Below, in pieces: positions 63,372 to 64,000 of a stretch of DNA of 64,000 bases (its first letter is position 1; each line of letters starts with the position of its first letter). The notes beneath the pieces are model-generated. The model saw nothing but the letters and a program-made list of their open reading frames with translations. It made no database searches and was not told where the DNA came from. The stretch comes from Synechococcus sp. Its GTDB lineage: Bacteria; Cyanobacteriota; Cyanobacteriia; PCC-6307; Cyanobiaceae. The stretch spans positions 2,336,136 through 2,400,135 of the forward strand of contig JBJBDC010000001.1 in the NCBI GenBank assembly GCA_047285535.1, written 5' to 3'. Both the position numbers and the translations under genes were made by a program.

Positions 63372-64000
63372 CCATCCTCGTCACAGGTGCCGCTGGTTTC
63401 ATTGGATTTCACTTAAGTACCCGTCTGCTCGAAGAGGGATCGTCTGTGGTTGGTTTTGACAACGTCAACCCTTATTACGACCCCAACCTGAAGCGGGCCC
63501 GGATTGCTCAACTGAAAGCTACAGCAGCTCGTACGGGCACTAGTTTTAAATTAATAGAAGCTGATATAGAAGATGAAAAGTCAGTAGAGGAGGCGTTCGC
63601 AGAGTTTATGCCTAGCAAAGTCGTGAACCTAGCGGCTCAGGCGGGTGTACGTTATTCTATTCAAAATCCATCTGCTTATATTCAAGCTAATTTAGTCGGT
63701 TTTGGGCATATTTTGGAAGGATGCAGGCATCATGGGGTTGAACATCTTGTGTATGCGAGTAGTAGCTCAGTCTATGGAGGCAATAAGTGCATGCCTTTCT
63801 CTGAGCAGCACAGCGTGGATCATCCTGTGAGTTTGTACGCCGCCAGCAAAAAAGCCAATGAGTTGATGGCTCACACGTACAGCCATCTATATGATTTGCC
63901 AGCCACGGGACTTCGTTTTTTCACGGTATATGGTCCTTGGGGAAGGCCTGATATGGCTTTGTTTCTCTTTACCAAAGCAATATTAGAAGGCAAACCAATT
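63368..64000 (+). CDS. UDP-glucuronate 4-epimerase-like NAD-dependent epimerase (truncated by window end)
   Basis: Manual translation [64 protein letters not shown] overlap. Confidence 0.9.
   Translation, partial: MTILVTGAAGFIGFHLSTRLLEEGSSVVGFDNVNPYYDPNLKRARIAQLKATAARTGTSFKLIEADIEDEKSVEEAFAEFMPSKVVNLAAQAGVRYSIQNPSAYIQANLVGFGHILEGCRHHGVEHLVYASSSSVYGGNKCMPFSEQHSVDHPVSLYAASKKANELMAHTYSHLYDLPATGLRFFTVYGPWGRPDMALFLFTKAILEGKPI

Overview
This 64-kb window looks like a marine picocyanobacterial (Synechococcus-type) chromosome, judged from psaC, the cyanobacterial ahcY-dedA-ssb-mreBCD-lysS and smpB-ruvB order, egtBD, and thiC with a TPP riboswitch. Several accessory blocks interrupt the core backbone. 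(1) 1.1-4.2 kb: a two-gene operon in which an arginase and a UT-family urea channel each carry a calmodulin-like EF-hand domain; this is the best candidate for an undescribed system. (2) 7.8-12.5 kb: an islet with an extra peptide deformylase, a PfkB kinase, a GlnA3-like gamma-glutamyl ligase and a sodium:solute symporter. (3) 33.4-37.5 kb: an AT-rich GtrA/GT2/GT-C surface-glycosylation cassette, preceded by fused, decayed copies of the 3' ends of both flanking core genes (tkt, thiC). (4) 45.3-55.4 kb: an MFS-GT-PKS-GT operon with a single AT-less KS-DH-ER-KR-ACP-R module, a probable glycolipid pathway. (5) 55.3-64 kb: the start of a Wza/Wzc polysaccharide locus with a CX5R dual-specificity phosphatase, a two-repeat beta-barrel protein and nucleotide-sugar enzymes. 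I saw no rRNA, tRNA, CRISPR array, transposase or integrase. All calls rest on motif recognition by eye; no database searches were run.
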